A DNA stretch of 64,000 nucleotides. Source: Geosiphon pyriformis uo1 (taxonomy: Eukaryota > Fungi > Glomeromycota). Shown piece by piece: positions 50,027 through 62,960 of this stretch. The notes under the pieces are model-generated. The model made no database searches, was not told the DNA's origin, and was given only the letters and a program-made list of their open reading frames with translations. Position numbers and translations under genes: made by a program. The number at the start of each line of letters is the position of its first letter. The stretch's first letter is position 1. Where the stretch lies: the NCBI GenBank assembly GCA_016748015.1, contig JAAOMT010000128.1, positions 1,681,538-1,745,537 on the forward strand, given 5' to 3'.

Positions 50027-50778
50027 TGTTACAGGTTGGAGTAACAAGCTAACGGATAGCAAGAAAGAACAGGATTGTAGAGTAATGAAAGAAATCAAAG
50101 AGATTTCAACTTCAAAGAGTGAATTAAATAAGTATGGATTCAATATGTGAGATCAGTCTCATTAAATATCTTAATCACTATACTTTTCAAAGATAACTGG
50201 GAAATCTGAAGGTAGAGGAATAGTCTGTACTGTCAACAAATGATCATGCCTGGTATAATTCTATGTCTCACATTGGCATTCTTAGAATTCAATATTTGGT
50301 ATCAGATGTACTCTTCAGTCACATTTTTTTCAATAATTTTCAAATACTGCAATTATATGTTTCAAGAAAAGGGTAGAAAATAACCAACAAGTAATCTTTT
50401 ATCTTTAAAATGTTCAGATACTTGAAAGTAGGGAAAAAAAAATTAGTGATAAGAGAGAAATTGAAATAAAAGTAGTTATTTTATTTATTTGATTTCCTTG
50501 ATTTCTGACATGCTTTTCTACAGCTAAGAGATTTATCGCTTATATAGCTGTCAAAAGTGGTCAATGATCAAGTCAATAACTAGATCAATAATCAGGTCAA
50601 TAAGCAGATCAATGATCAGGTTATTGATTAGGTTAATGATCAGATCAATGATTAAGTTAATGGTCAGGTCATTAATTAAGTCAATAATTACTTATTAAAA
50701 ATAGAATGGCTAATTTATGTGACATCAGTGGCTAATACATGTGATAATTAATAAGAAGTATAAGTTTCAACTGTAATA
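50027..50778 (-). repeat. 3' LTR of F (752 bp) with an 11 x 12-bp array at 50559-50690
   Basis: Aligns with 57110-57741 except for 10 extra ggtcaatgatca-type units. Confidence 0.9.
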
Positions 50779-51441
50779 TTATTTTTTTCAAAAAGATTGA
50801 GCTCTAGCAAAATCAAGCTATTTATGATATAATCTATTGGAAGAATTTTATCTAACTCAAAGCTAACTAGTTTGTTGAAGTTTTTTGTGAATAAGGTATA
50901 TAATACTTGAGACAAAATGAGTTTTGTATCCAAAAGACCAAATTTTTGTATTAAAGTTTTGGCTCTTTTAACAATAGTTAAAACTCTTGGGATATTTAAC
51001 CATATAATGTCTAAAATTTCTGCCTGTATCTTTGAAGTTGTTTTCTTCATGAGTTTTATATCTTCTATAATTTTACCAAGGTGACCATAGAGTTTTAATT
51101 GCCTTCCATATGACAAGTTTTTGTTTATGGGTAAAATTTTTTGAAGTGTTTTTCCAATTGTGTTAGAAGGTGGGAGTATAGCTGCTGTTATACTTTCTAA
51201 CAGATATTTATCTATTTTACTACCAATTTTTTCTTTTCTGGTAGTGGTTTTTTTTGGTCTAATAACAGTATGTGTTCTATTGTTATCAGTTATAGTGGTT
51301 TGTTTTCCAATGGTCAGAGTAGTATTTGGATAGTTTTTGATCCAATACTCATGAAAAGTATAAAAAGCATTTTGAATGTTTTGATCCAGAAAATAATTGT
51401 TCATGTTGATTAAAGATACCTCTGTTTTGGGAATGGTGCAT
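50748..51441 (-). CDS. Extra ORF3 of F, unknown function
   Basis: Long open frame (50748-51500) between integrase stop and LTR. LYGHLGK may correspond to YYQLGK of C ORF3. Start is either the ATG at 51441 (needs a 1-nt shift) or MNNYF. Confidence 0.6.
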
Positions 51442-51445
51442 TTAT

Positions 51446-52759
51446 TTATACTTGATTTTTGCTGATTATTTGAGTCAGTATTATCATAATAGGCAGCCAA
51501 TTAGGTCGTTTATGATATTTCTTAAGTTGTATACCATAAACAGGATGATTATTGAAGATTGTTCCAGATTGATATTGAAGAATATAAGAACTATTGTTCA
51601 AAACTTTGTTGACTATAAAGGGTTCTTTCCACCAGCTAAAGAATTTATCACCATAAACATTGTCTCTATTCGAATGGTATTCCAATATCAAGTCACTAAC
51701 ACTTAAAAAAAGTGTTTTATAAATTTTTTTTCTTTTAAGCTTTTCTTGGAATTGTTTTATCTTTTCAAAAGCAATTATTCATGCTTTTACCAAGGAGTCA
51801 AGAATAGTACCAAGTCTTCTTTGCAAAATGTCTTTGTAATTTCCTATTGTGATCTTTTCAAAGGATATTGTTTCAATGTCAGTTTTTATTGGTAGTATTG
51901 CCATGTGTTCATAGAACAGATAAAAAAGTTCATAACTTGTTATGTCATAATTCACAGTTCTATAAGCAAACAAAGCTGAAGGCAGTACTTTGTCCCATAA
52001 GTTTGTTTCTTCACTGGTTTTGGCTAGAGTTTCACATAGTGTTTTATTAAAACATTCTACTAAGCCATTTGTTTAGGGGTGATAAAGGGAGGAAAGTTTA
52101 TGACATATTCCCATTTTTCTGTGAAGTTCTTCAACCAGTGTACTGAGAAAAGCTCTTTTTCTATCAGATAAAAGTTTTTTGAGGCAGTCATGATGACAGA
52201 TGATATCTTCATAAATGAAATTGGCTATTAAGACTGCTGTTTGATCTGGAGTGGTTCTTGCTTCTACTCACTTTGTAAGATAGTTGGTAGCTGTAATAAT
52301 ATATCTGTTGCCATCAGGAGTTATTGTTAAAGATCCAATAACATCTATACCAATTCTGTTAAATGGTTGACTAACAGAGATTGGATGGATATTTTCTTTG
52401 TGATTGGGTTTGCCTCTTCTTTGGCAGATGTCACAGGTTTTGATGTATTCAACAATGTCTTTTCCCAAGATAGACTAATAATAATAAGCTAAAGTTTTCT
52501 GAATTGTTTTTGTTTTTCCAAAGTGTCCAGCTAATGAGTCAGTATGCATATTGTATATTACAATTTCTCTTTCTTCAAATCTGATAATTCTTTGGAAATG
52601 GTCAGGATCTTTTCTGTTTCTTTTGTATAATTGGTTCTGATGGATCAAATAGAAATTTAATTGTTTGCACAAATGTTCTCTTTGCTGTCGAGTGTATTCT
52701 GGTGGGTATTATTTTTTATCTAAAAATTCCATTAAGGCAGAGTAGTTGTCCAAGTCCAT
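51446..52759 (-). pseudogene. Element F integrase, separate ORF with its own ATG
   Basis: MDLDNYSALMEFL..YPPEYT; H-H-CxxC (MHTDSLAGHFG...CDIC); IGIDVIG. Confidence 0.9.
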
Positions 52760-52823
52760 TATTGTGTTTGTTTATAAAGGAGTTACTAATAATTAAGTTG
52801 GTTTAGTTTGAGAGATTGTACTG

Positions 52824-55800
52824 TCACTGAATGGTAAGTCTAAATAAAGCATTAGCATTTTAATAATTTGCTCCTTTATGGTGTTGAATATCATAATCAA
52901 ATTCATCCAAGTGAAGTATTCAGCAAGTTATTTGTTTGTGTTCCAGCTTCTTTTTCTTGTGCAACCAAACCAAGACTTAATGATCTGTTACCACTAAGAA
53001 TTTTGCACCAAGAAGATATTAATCTCAGTAGTTAGTAGTCCAAACTACTGCTAGATATTCTGGTTCAGTAACTGAATAGTTTTTTTCTGCTGGTGTAAGG
53101 GATCTACTGGTATATACTATGACATGTTCTCTGCTATTTTCATCTTTTTGTGAAAAGACACCACCAAGTTTATAACCAGATGTATTAGTGTGGAGAATAA
53201 AAGATTGGTCCAAATCAGGTTGTTTGAGAATTGGTTCAATAACAAGTTTTTCCTTCAGAATTTTAAAAGCTTTTTGTTGATAAGTGCTTCAGTGATAATT
53301 GATATTTTTCCTGAGTAGCTGATTGAAAAAAAAGGCAATTTTGGAGAAATTTTTGATAAATTTGTAATAGTAAGAGGCCAAACCAAGGAAAGAGTGTAGT
53401 TTAGGAACATTTATTGGTTGTCTAATGTTCTGAACTTTTTCAACTTTAGCTGGGTCAGGAAAAATTCCATCTTTTGTAATAAGATGACCAAGGAACTGGG
53501 TGAATTGGTATCCAAAGAAAGATTTGATTGGGTTGATCTTAAGACCAGTATTTCTGAGCAGGTCAAAAACCTTCTGTAAATGTTCAAGATGTTTATTCCA
53601 GGTTTTTGAGTAAACCATTATGTTGTCTAAGTAGACCAGAACAAAGTTTTCTTTTACTAATTCAAATACTTTGTTCATCAGGCATTGAAAAGTGGGAGGA
53701 GCATTGGTAAAACCAAAAGGCATGACAATAAATTCATAGGTGCCATACTTGGTGATGAAGACAGTTTTTTTTCTGCTTTCTGGATCCATCTTTACTTGCC
53801 AGAATCCAGCAGTTAAGTCAATGGTTGAAAAAAAAGCAGCACCATTGAATTTATTTAGCATTGCATTAATTTTGGGAAGTGGGTATATGTCTTTTATAGA
53901 AATGGCATTTAGTTGGTGATAGTCAACACAGAAGCATAGGGTTCCATCTTTCTTGGATATCACTACAACTGGAAAAGCCCATTCACTCTTGGTTTCTTGT
54001 ATGAATCCAAGATTTTTCATCCAGTTTATATCTTTTTTAATAAACTAATCATTATGTTGATTGGATTGATAAGGCTTCAAATGGATGGGATGAGTTTTTT
54101 TGGTAGTGATAGTGTGTTGTATCACATGGATTCATTCAGAGGTATCACTTTCTTTTGAGATAACTGGGTTATTTCTAGCCAACAGATTTTCAATGTCCAC
54201 TTTTTTTTCTTCAAAAGAAGGTTCTCTTTGTTCTATAACTAATGATTGGATTTCAGATGGTTCATTCTCAAAGGACTTTTGTACCTCTTTAAGTTCTTTT
54301 CAAGGTATTAAGCTAATTGGTTCCCAATCTTTGTAATAGATTAGGCAGAATTTGTATTTATTACTTGGTGAATACAAAGGTTTATTACACCAGCACTATG
54401 CACAAGAACCATGCTATCAATAACTGTATTTTGATTTCTTGCCAGGTTTTCTGTCAAAGGTTCTTCTGAGGATATCATAGTAAAGCCAGCAGATCAGCTT
54501 GCCATTTACCATAATTCCTTCTTTGTCAGCTTTAACATTGTCTAATAGCTTGCCATTACTGGTGAAGATAGTATAAATGAGTTTAGCAGTTTCTTCTGGT
54601 TCTTCTTGATCTTCTTTATTATCGCTTTCATCATTATTTAATTCATCTGATTGTTCTTCTTCTTGGTTCTGCTTGAGTACTAAAGGGGTTGTCCAATATC
54701 AGCATTTAACCACAATGAGTTTCTCACCACATCTGATGGTTAATTCGCAAAGTTTATAGTCAAGTAGTGCTTTGGCTTTCTTAAGCCATTTATTACCAAC
54801 AATGATAGTGTACTCTTTTGCTTCAAATACTTTTATATTTGTTTTAATGTTAATATCATTGATGCGAACAGAAATAGCTTTGGTTATGCCCAGGCCTTTC
54901 TTTTTGTCACTATGTACATTGGTCATTGGTCTTGTGGAAGGCTCATCAATCTTTCTGCCAATTGCTTTAAAAAAATGTTTGACAATTACACTAACAGATA
55001 ATCCACTATCTAGGATCAGATCAATAAAGTAACCAGCCACTTGGGCTTTATAAATCAGAGGGGTGACATTGTTGTTATCAGCAAGTCCAGCTTGGCAAGG
55101 GTGTTTGTTGGTCTTTGGTGTCTTCTTTTTTGGTATTAATAATTTGTGAAGATCTTTTTTAAACTGTGGATGGGTCATCAATTGGCCAAATGTAATGTGT
55201 GCTGGGGTTTCCATAAAATCTTTAACAACAGAATAGGGTCCAAATTTTTGTACAATTTCTGGGGGTTCCAACTTTGGAGGATTTTTAAAAACCTTAGTCT
55301 TTGGTGGCTTATTGTTATCAGCAGATGATTTGGATAGTTTGTTTGGATCCAAGACAAAATCAATCTTGGCTTTCTTCTTCTTTCTGGTTGATTTAGAGGT
55401 GTTGATTGCTAGTTCATTCATATCATAATCGTTATTAATTAGGTTAAAAGCATAAAAGGGGTTTTTTTTGGTTGGCTTGTACTCTCACCTTTTGGAGGTG
55501 TGTCTACCAGTTTAAAGACTGGTAAACAGTAGCTTCAACTAAGAGATCCTCTCCAAAGAAATTGATGTTGACATGATTGGGTCTTTGATTGAGAACATTA
55601 TTATTGTTGGGTCTGTTATTCTGGGTGTTATTATTTCTGAGAGCTGGAAAAGACAATAGAGGATTGTTACAGTTTCTAGAAAAGTGTCTAGTTAGTCCAC
55701 AGCAATAGTATACAGATGGACTATGATTTTGTTGTTTTTGATATGGTGGTTGCTGGGGCTGATTGAAGTGGAGTTCAAATTTGGGTCTTTGGAGTTGCTG

Positions 55801-57058
55801 GTTGTCTCTGACTGCTTGGGCTAATAGTTCTAATAGCCAGGCAAGATTAGCTGTAAGTCTATCTATTAACTGTTTATTTGGGTCTTGAGTTTGGGCAGCA
55901 AAAAAGGTAGTAGCCATTTGGAGAGCAAGAGCCATAATAAGAGCAGAAGCAAAAACTGAAAGTGTGGATTCTAGGTACATCTTTTAATTGTCTTCTATTC
56001 TCTGAGCAAATTCAATGACCATATTTATTGTGGGATTATTTTTCAAGGCCAAAAGAGGCCAAAGAGCATATGATAGATTAGTTCTCAGTTCTTTTGTAAA
56101 AAAATGTATTTTCTGCTCTTCTGTCCAATTTCTTTCAGAGTCTACCCATTTAATGAGTTTTCTTATTGCTTTGACATATTCTGTTACAACCTCATCAGGG
56201 CCTTGAGTTCTTCTTTTTAATTCCATATGCCATTTTGAGATTAAGATGGGAGTTCTAAATTTTGTTTTAAACTGGATAGTGAAAAAAGTGTTGTCTTCTC
56301 CAACAATTGCCAGTGCCCATCTAATAATTTTTTGCTGAGCATTGGCATTGGTTTCTTGTGAGAACCAAATAGCAAGAGAGCCTTGAAGGTAGCCACCAAC
56401 AATTTGGAACTTGTATTCATTATCATATTGGTTTGTTGTTACAGCTCTCTCAAAATCATCTAGCCATTTGATTAGATCTTGGACATTACTTCTGAATAAT
56501 AGTAATGAGGTGTTGTTTCTTCACCCTAAAGCAGTCTGTATATCTTGGAAGGCAATCAAAATGTTTTATTGTAGAGGGTTTTGAGCTATTGGTTCAGGTG
56601 TAACTGTTTGTGTAAAGTGTTCTGATTCACTTAAAAAGAGATCAAAAACAGGAGCAGTTTGATAGCTTTTTTCTTCTGTTTCAAGAGGAGTTTCTGTTAA
56701 TTGATGGGCAGCAATCCAAATGTGGATTTGATGATTCAGATATTCGAAATCAGAGGGCTGTTGTTCAAAGATTGCAGAATATAAGAGCTGATTGATACTG
56801 TTGTTTTTTTCTTTAAAGTCATCTTCAAAATAAGCTTGGTCAAAGTAATAGGTTATATAAGCTGTGTAGATTTTAGCTGAATGCTTATTCAGAAACCAGT
56901 TTCAAAAGTCTTGGAATTGTTTGCTGAATTGTTCTTCAATAGGGAAGCAAATCAAGCAGAAGGGCAAAGAATTGAGTTTAATAAAGTCTAGATCATTTTT
57001 GTTGTATGCTTTAAAGTGTTTTTCTGATTGTTATGGCAGGTATGAATAATTACCCATA
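52824..57058 (-). pseudogene. pol: Element F gag-PR-RT-RNase H with stops and frameshifts
   Basis: RRTQGPDEVVTEY (capsid), CCGLTRHFSRNC knuckle, LILDSGLS, MPFGFTNAPPTFQ, YLDN, NANALFRLTIQ-stop at 52824-52826. Confidence 0.9.
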
Positions 57059-57086
57059 CAATAAAAAACCAAGTGGATTTTAACAA

Positions 57087-57103
57087 CCTCACAGGAAGCA
57101 CCA
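57087..57103 (-). promoter_or_regulatory. Primer-binding site of F (TGGTGCTTCCTGTGAGG), possibly elongator tRNA-Met
   Basis: TGG 6 nt after the LTR end. E's PBS differs from it only by transitions. tRNA identity is from recalled sequence, not verified. Confidence 0.6.
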
Positions 57104-57109
57104 CTTTTA

Positions 57110-57741
57110 TGTTACGGGTTGGAGTAACAAGCTAATGGATAGTAAGGGAGAACAGAATTGTAAGATAATAAAAAAAATCAAAGGGATTTCAACTTCAAAG
57201 AGCAAATTGAATAAGTATGGATTTAATGTGTGAGATCAGTTTTATAAAATATCTCAGTCACTATACTTTTCAAAGATAACTGGAGAATCTGAAGATAGAG
57301 AAATAGTCTATACTGTCAACAAATAATCATGCCTGGTATAATTCTATGCCTCACATTGGTGCTTTTAGAATTCAATATCAGGTATTAGATATATTTTTCA
57401 GTCATGTTTTCTTCAATAATCTTCAAATACTGCAATTACATGTTTCAAAAAAAGGGTAGGAAATAACCAACAAATAATCTTTTATCTTTAAGATATTCAG
57501 ATACTTGAAAGTAGGGAAAGAGAAATTAGTGATAAGAGAGAGATTGAGATGAAAGTGATTATTTTATTTATTTGATTTCCTTAATTTCTGATATGCTTTT
57601 CTACAGCTAAGAGATTTATTGCTTATATAGCTGTCAAAAGTGGTCAATGATTACTTACTAAAAATAGAATGGCTAATTTATGTGATATCAGTAGCTAATA
57701 CATGTAATAATTAATAAGAAGTATAAGTTTCAACCATAACA
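57110..57741 (-). repeat. 5' LTR of F (632 bp)
   Basis: tgttacgggtt...cataaca on plus; aligns with 50027-50778. Confidence 0.9.
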
Positions 57742-58271
57742 AAATAAAACAAAAAAATTTTAAACAATTTAATAATTAAAACAATTAAAACATTAATAAA
57801 TTTAATAATAGATCTTATTAGCAAAACCAATACAGTCAATTTAAATTTAAAAGAAATTAATTTAAACCCAATTATAAAATCAATAATAATAACAATAATA
57901 AATTTTATATTAAAACTTAAAACCAATAAAATATATTTTAAAAATCATAAAATTAATTACATATTTAAATAAAAAATTTAAAAAAAAAAGTAAAATATTA
58001 ATTACAATTAAAAAATCAATTTATATATTTTAAAAACAATAAAATATTAATATTATTAAATTTACAATAAAATAACCAATAAACTTATATAATTATTTTG
58101 CAATAAAAGTTAATTTTTTTATAAAAAATTTTTTTTATTTTTTTTATTACAAGTTTTATGAGTAAAGCCCAACTGCTATTTAGTACATAGAACTAAACTA
58201 AGTAGATTAAACTAAATATAGCTTATGCACTAACTACATGTGACCAATCATTCAAGCCAGACAAGACAATA

Positions 58272-61200
58272 TTATATATTTATACTAACAAAAGCATCAT
58301 CACCTAAACCAGAAAAAAAATAACACAATTTGTGTCTACCAAACCTAACAGCAAAAAATTCCATAATGCTAAGCATATAGACAATTCCAACTGACAACAT
58401 AGATATCATACAGTAGAACAAGCTTGAAATTACATCAGTATTCCTGATCAAGCTAGCCTTCTCCATATCTATTCTATGTTTGGCTCTAACAATTCATACC
58501 TTAGTGTGATACAATTTTACCACAAACCTAATATATTTTACAAGAACCAGAGCAGCTTTACTTTTTCTTTCAAAAACCAAAACAGCTTCAGCATACCAAT
58601 CTTTTATTACAAAACTCTTGCAAATAGTGGTATACAGACTCATATCTGAAAAACATGCCACTAGTGAATATAGAACAACAGAATTATATGAACATAAAAA
58701 ACTGGACAATGATATTTATTTCTTAGTAGTCTTAACCAAAATGTTCTTATAGAAACCAGAGTTGCCAGAACAAGTAAAACCATGGTCAAATAATTTTATC
58801 TTATCATACAGCAAACATAATACTTCAGGATAATTTCTGTCATACAATCTTTTCCTAACTGTAACCAATAGTTATCTATAAACTGCTTTCATTAAATATG
58901 TACACAAATTGGCTAATTTTCTGTTAGTAAATCCAAAAAGCATGTGTAAGTCAAGGTGCCAAGCCATCATAGTAATCCCCCAATCTATCTTCTTAATTAT
59001 AGCACTTAGAATTATATCAAAACCAGGACCAGCCTTCTAATAGACATAACAAATTGATTAGTGCAGATTGCGAACAAAATGATGAGTATTACCAGATACA
59101 GCAGTTTTTTTAACAACCAAAAACCTTTTCCGAATTTTAACCAGCAAAGAAAAAAATAAGGAAGTAGTATTACTAGCCAATACATCAGTTTTAACATTAC
59201 CAAATACATCTGAATGATTCTTAATTTTCATTCATTTAATTGAAATGTTTTTATTCTTAAGAAGATTGACTATCTGCAATTTTTTGATTCAAAATTAATT
59301 ATAGAAGTTAGGCACAATAAAAGAAGTCTTGGACATACAAGCATCTATTGCTGATTGGTTATTTAAGTATAAAACCACAGAGCATAAAAGTGAAACACAC
59401 TCTAAAGCCAAAACCACAGTATACAATTCAGTTAAAATAGAGAACAGAAGTCTAATTACCCTAACCCCAATACTTGTGTTTACAGCTAGAAAGTATTCAG
59501 CTGCTCCATCTGTTATCTCAATAGAACTAGCACCTTTTAAAAACCCATCTGTGTAGACTTCAATGCAATCAGATTATATTTTCAACAAACTATCATAAAC
59601 AACAGAGAACTTTTCAGAATCCAAAACATTTAGCACATCTTTCCTAAGGACAGCAGCAGCCCTGACCTCCAAAAAAGCAGAATTGTTCATAAAATCAGAT
59701 GTCAATATAAACCAGTGAAATACAGAACTTCTTGAATCCAACTGCTTCCAACACCAAAATGTTTTCCAGTTCATTACCTTCTCCTTCTTGTCAAGAAGTC
59801 TGTTACTAAATGCAATATCAAATCATCTCAATAAAAAAACAAATTTGTAGTACAAAGACTAACTCAAAATACCAGACATCAAAAAAATACCAGACCCATA
59901 AAAGACACAAGGCAGATTATTTGCCAATAACAACTCATTTGCTAAAAAGATTTTTACCACTTTCACCAAAAAATTATTCACAGGACTAACATGTAATCTG
60001 ACAGAAAATTGTAGAAAATTCAGAGAGGACCAACCCAAAACTTGCAAATCCAAAAATTTATGATTAAACAAATGTCCAAAAATGCTGTGGCCATTAAAAA
60101 ATAAAATTAAAGAAGCCAGCTTTTCTTCAAACTGCACCTGCTCAAAGAGCTTTAAACCATACAAAGATGAATAGTACAAAACCTTACTAGAGAAGTCACA
60201 TGATAAACCAGCCTTGGCTCTAAGACCCTTTCTAATCATTATGTTTTACTTATAACACATACCCAAAGAGACAAAACTAAACTATATATAATAGCTAATA
60301 ATTAGTTGCAAGATTGTTGAAATCAAGTAACAGAATTATTTATCTGTAATAACTTTTTTCAACACCATATTAGAAAAAAACCTGACATCTACATGAGCTT
60401 AAGCCAAACTGAGTTTAAAAAAACCTTTAGTTGACAAGAAGATACCCAAATATTGGTGTAACTTACTTCTTTTAGCAATTAAAATTGACAAACCATTAAT
60501 TAACAGCAAAACATTCTTAATTTCTTGATTGATAAGAATAACCACTGTTTTATTGTTATTAATTAAGATGTTATTAATCACAAAAAACTTACTTGTAATG
60601 TTCAAAATATACTGTGTAAAAGCTTGACAACTCCCAATTCAAATTGTATTATCAACAAAGGCACTAGCAGCTAAAAAAAAAGTTTTCTTTCCAACTGTCT
60701 CAATTCTGCCAGACTTTGCCATGAACTTGCTATCAATTCTGTATTCACACAAGTGTTTGTGCCTTTTTATCTTACACAAAAGCAGATCATAAAAAATCCT
60801 CCAAAAGAGTAGAGAAAAAACTTTCTCCTGATCCAGCCCATCATGAACTCTGTACCTTTCTGAAAGCCCAAAATTTGTTATTACTCTGTTGATCCTATTT
60901 TCATGGATGTCACCAAAAAATCCAATAAAACATTTACACATTTTAATGTAATGTAGACTTGCCTTCAATTAATGCCAACCTACTAAATCATAAGCTTTAT
61001 ACATATTTTGTAGCATCGACTAAAGCTCTCTATTTTTTTTCAAAGCATCCTTAACAACTGAACCAATAGCAAAAATAAGAGACTGGATTGAAATACTCTT
61101 TAATACTAAAAAATTATTACCACAAAGAACATTAAACTTGCTACAAGCCAAAGATATCTGATCAGTTAAAATTTTAAATAAGATTTTATGTGCAGTATCA

Positions 61201-62960
61201 ACTAATACAATAAGTCTAATATTTGTTAAAACACTATTCTATTCATAAGGTTTTAGGATTATTGAAACTCATGCTCTTTTCCAGAGAGCTGGAACCACAT
61301 TCAGATTTAAACACAAATTTAACAACTTTAAGAAACAGGCCAAAACCTCTTTACCATAATGTTTTTAAAGTTTATTGAGTATCCTTGACAACCTGGTTGC
61401 TTTATTAATTAGTAGACTATCAATAACCAAAAACAATTCACTCATACTAATATTCTCTATTACACCAGAGAAAATATCATTATCTACATAATCCAAAGAC
61501 ATATATTGCCAAGACCAAAGATCAGGCATTTTTGAGAACATTAAGTGCTTTTTTGTTTACTCTTCCATAATTTTATCAACCTTGAATTTTATCTTATCAG
61601 GTTTAACCACTAGTTCATCATTTACTACCAAGTGATTCAAAATCACTTTGTGAAATAGATGTTCTAGAATACTCTTTATTATTCACTCTTTGTCAAAACA
61701 GAAACTTTTCATATAACAGTTAATTGTCTTTTGAATAATTATATCTTTAGTAATCTTAGCCTCACAATATTTAAACCTCTAATACTTTTTCTTCACTATA
61801 AATAAATGTCTAACCACATCCATTGAATCTGCATTATCCAAAATCATGTTAATAATCTTGGAAGCTTCAATCTTATCAATAGCTAATTAAACTTTAATAA
61901 GATGGTTAAAATTCAGAAGATCACCAGAATTTCAGCATTGCACAATCTTTGCAACAAGCTGCTCTAATTTAAAGAATTTTGAAGATTGTTTATTTCTCAA
62001 ACAATTGTATTTATTATACCAAACTTTAGAAAAAACCACATTAGCAGCTTAAACTATAACTTCTTTTAGTATTTTCTATACTGTATTTAAGTCATTATTA
62101 TATCTTGTATTCTCAAACACCTTTGATCTAACCAGCATCTTAGCAGAAAAATGGTCTTTAAAGCCCAACTATTGGTTGTCATCTGCATTCCCCAATTTGA
62201 ACTTTTACTGGTCTCAATTGGCTTGCTTGTGAATACTAAAAAGATGAACATCCAGAAGTCCACCCAAACCAATTAAAACTAAAACTAACTTATGATCTGT
62301 ATTGAAAAACTCTAACACATTATCGATTTTGTGTGATGTAATTGCAGATGCCAAATTTCCATTCACAAAAATAAAGTCAATTATTCTCTCAACACTCCTA
62401 AAATTGCTTCAGATAGATGTTTTGACCAGTGAGTGTTTATCAAAAGTGTTAATTAGGCCCAAACCCAAATAAAACTTAAAGCTTGCATTCCTCTTAGATC
62501 TATTCTCATTAAAATCACCTAGAATCACAAAAAAGCTGGAATTAATTGCCTTAGAAACCATAAAATTAATATTAGCAGCTTGGCCAAAATGCACACCAAT
62601 AGATATACCAGCATAAAAACCTAAGATTGTAACTAAAAGCCTGTTTTTAAACAGAAGATGTACTCTAATCAGATGACCAAAAATCTCATCTACCTTCAAC
62701 ACATGCTAAGCCAAAAAATTGTTCATGATTATAGCAACTCCAGCATCATAAAAACCAGCATCCAAATCAGAAGTAAAAATCTGAATTTCATCAAACTTAT
62801 TTATAATCCAAGGCCTAATGTTAGACCTCAACTTTGTCTCAGTAACAATAGAAACCATATTATCCGAATTCTTATGCCAACAAATAATGTTATTCTGTTT
62901 AGCTAAATTTGTCATGTCCCTAATATTGCATGTAGCCACCTTTCAAATGAGCTTACTCAT
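58272..62960 (-). pseudogene. LINE2 ORF2 (APE, RT, RNase H, CCHC)
   Basis: ATG at 62960; ATCNIRD, VTETKL, LGDFNE, GLDQEKVFS, AFVDNT, VYTDG. Confidence 0.85.

Larger units (their letters stand above)
50027..57741 (-). mobile_element. Gypsy LTR retrotransposon F (7.7 kb; no dUTPase or Cys-rich insert seen)
   Basis: LTRs 57110-57741 (5') and 50027-50778 (3'); PBS TGGTGCTTCCTGTGAGG; gag, PR, RT, RH, IN and ORF3 on minus. TSD is not clean (atat/aaat). Confidence 0.9.

Noticed and set aside
50559-50690. CRISPR-like array (also 18047-18138 and 101-195)
   Set aside because: These are head-to-tail tandem units with no unique spacers, inside LTRs, in eukaryotic DNA with no cas genes.
57742-58127. AT-rich stretch with a 71-aa ORF (57711-57926)
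   Set aside because: Probably a fully decayed repeat. No assignable homology, and the ORF is a composition artefact running into the LTR.
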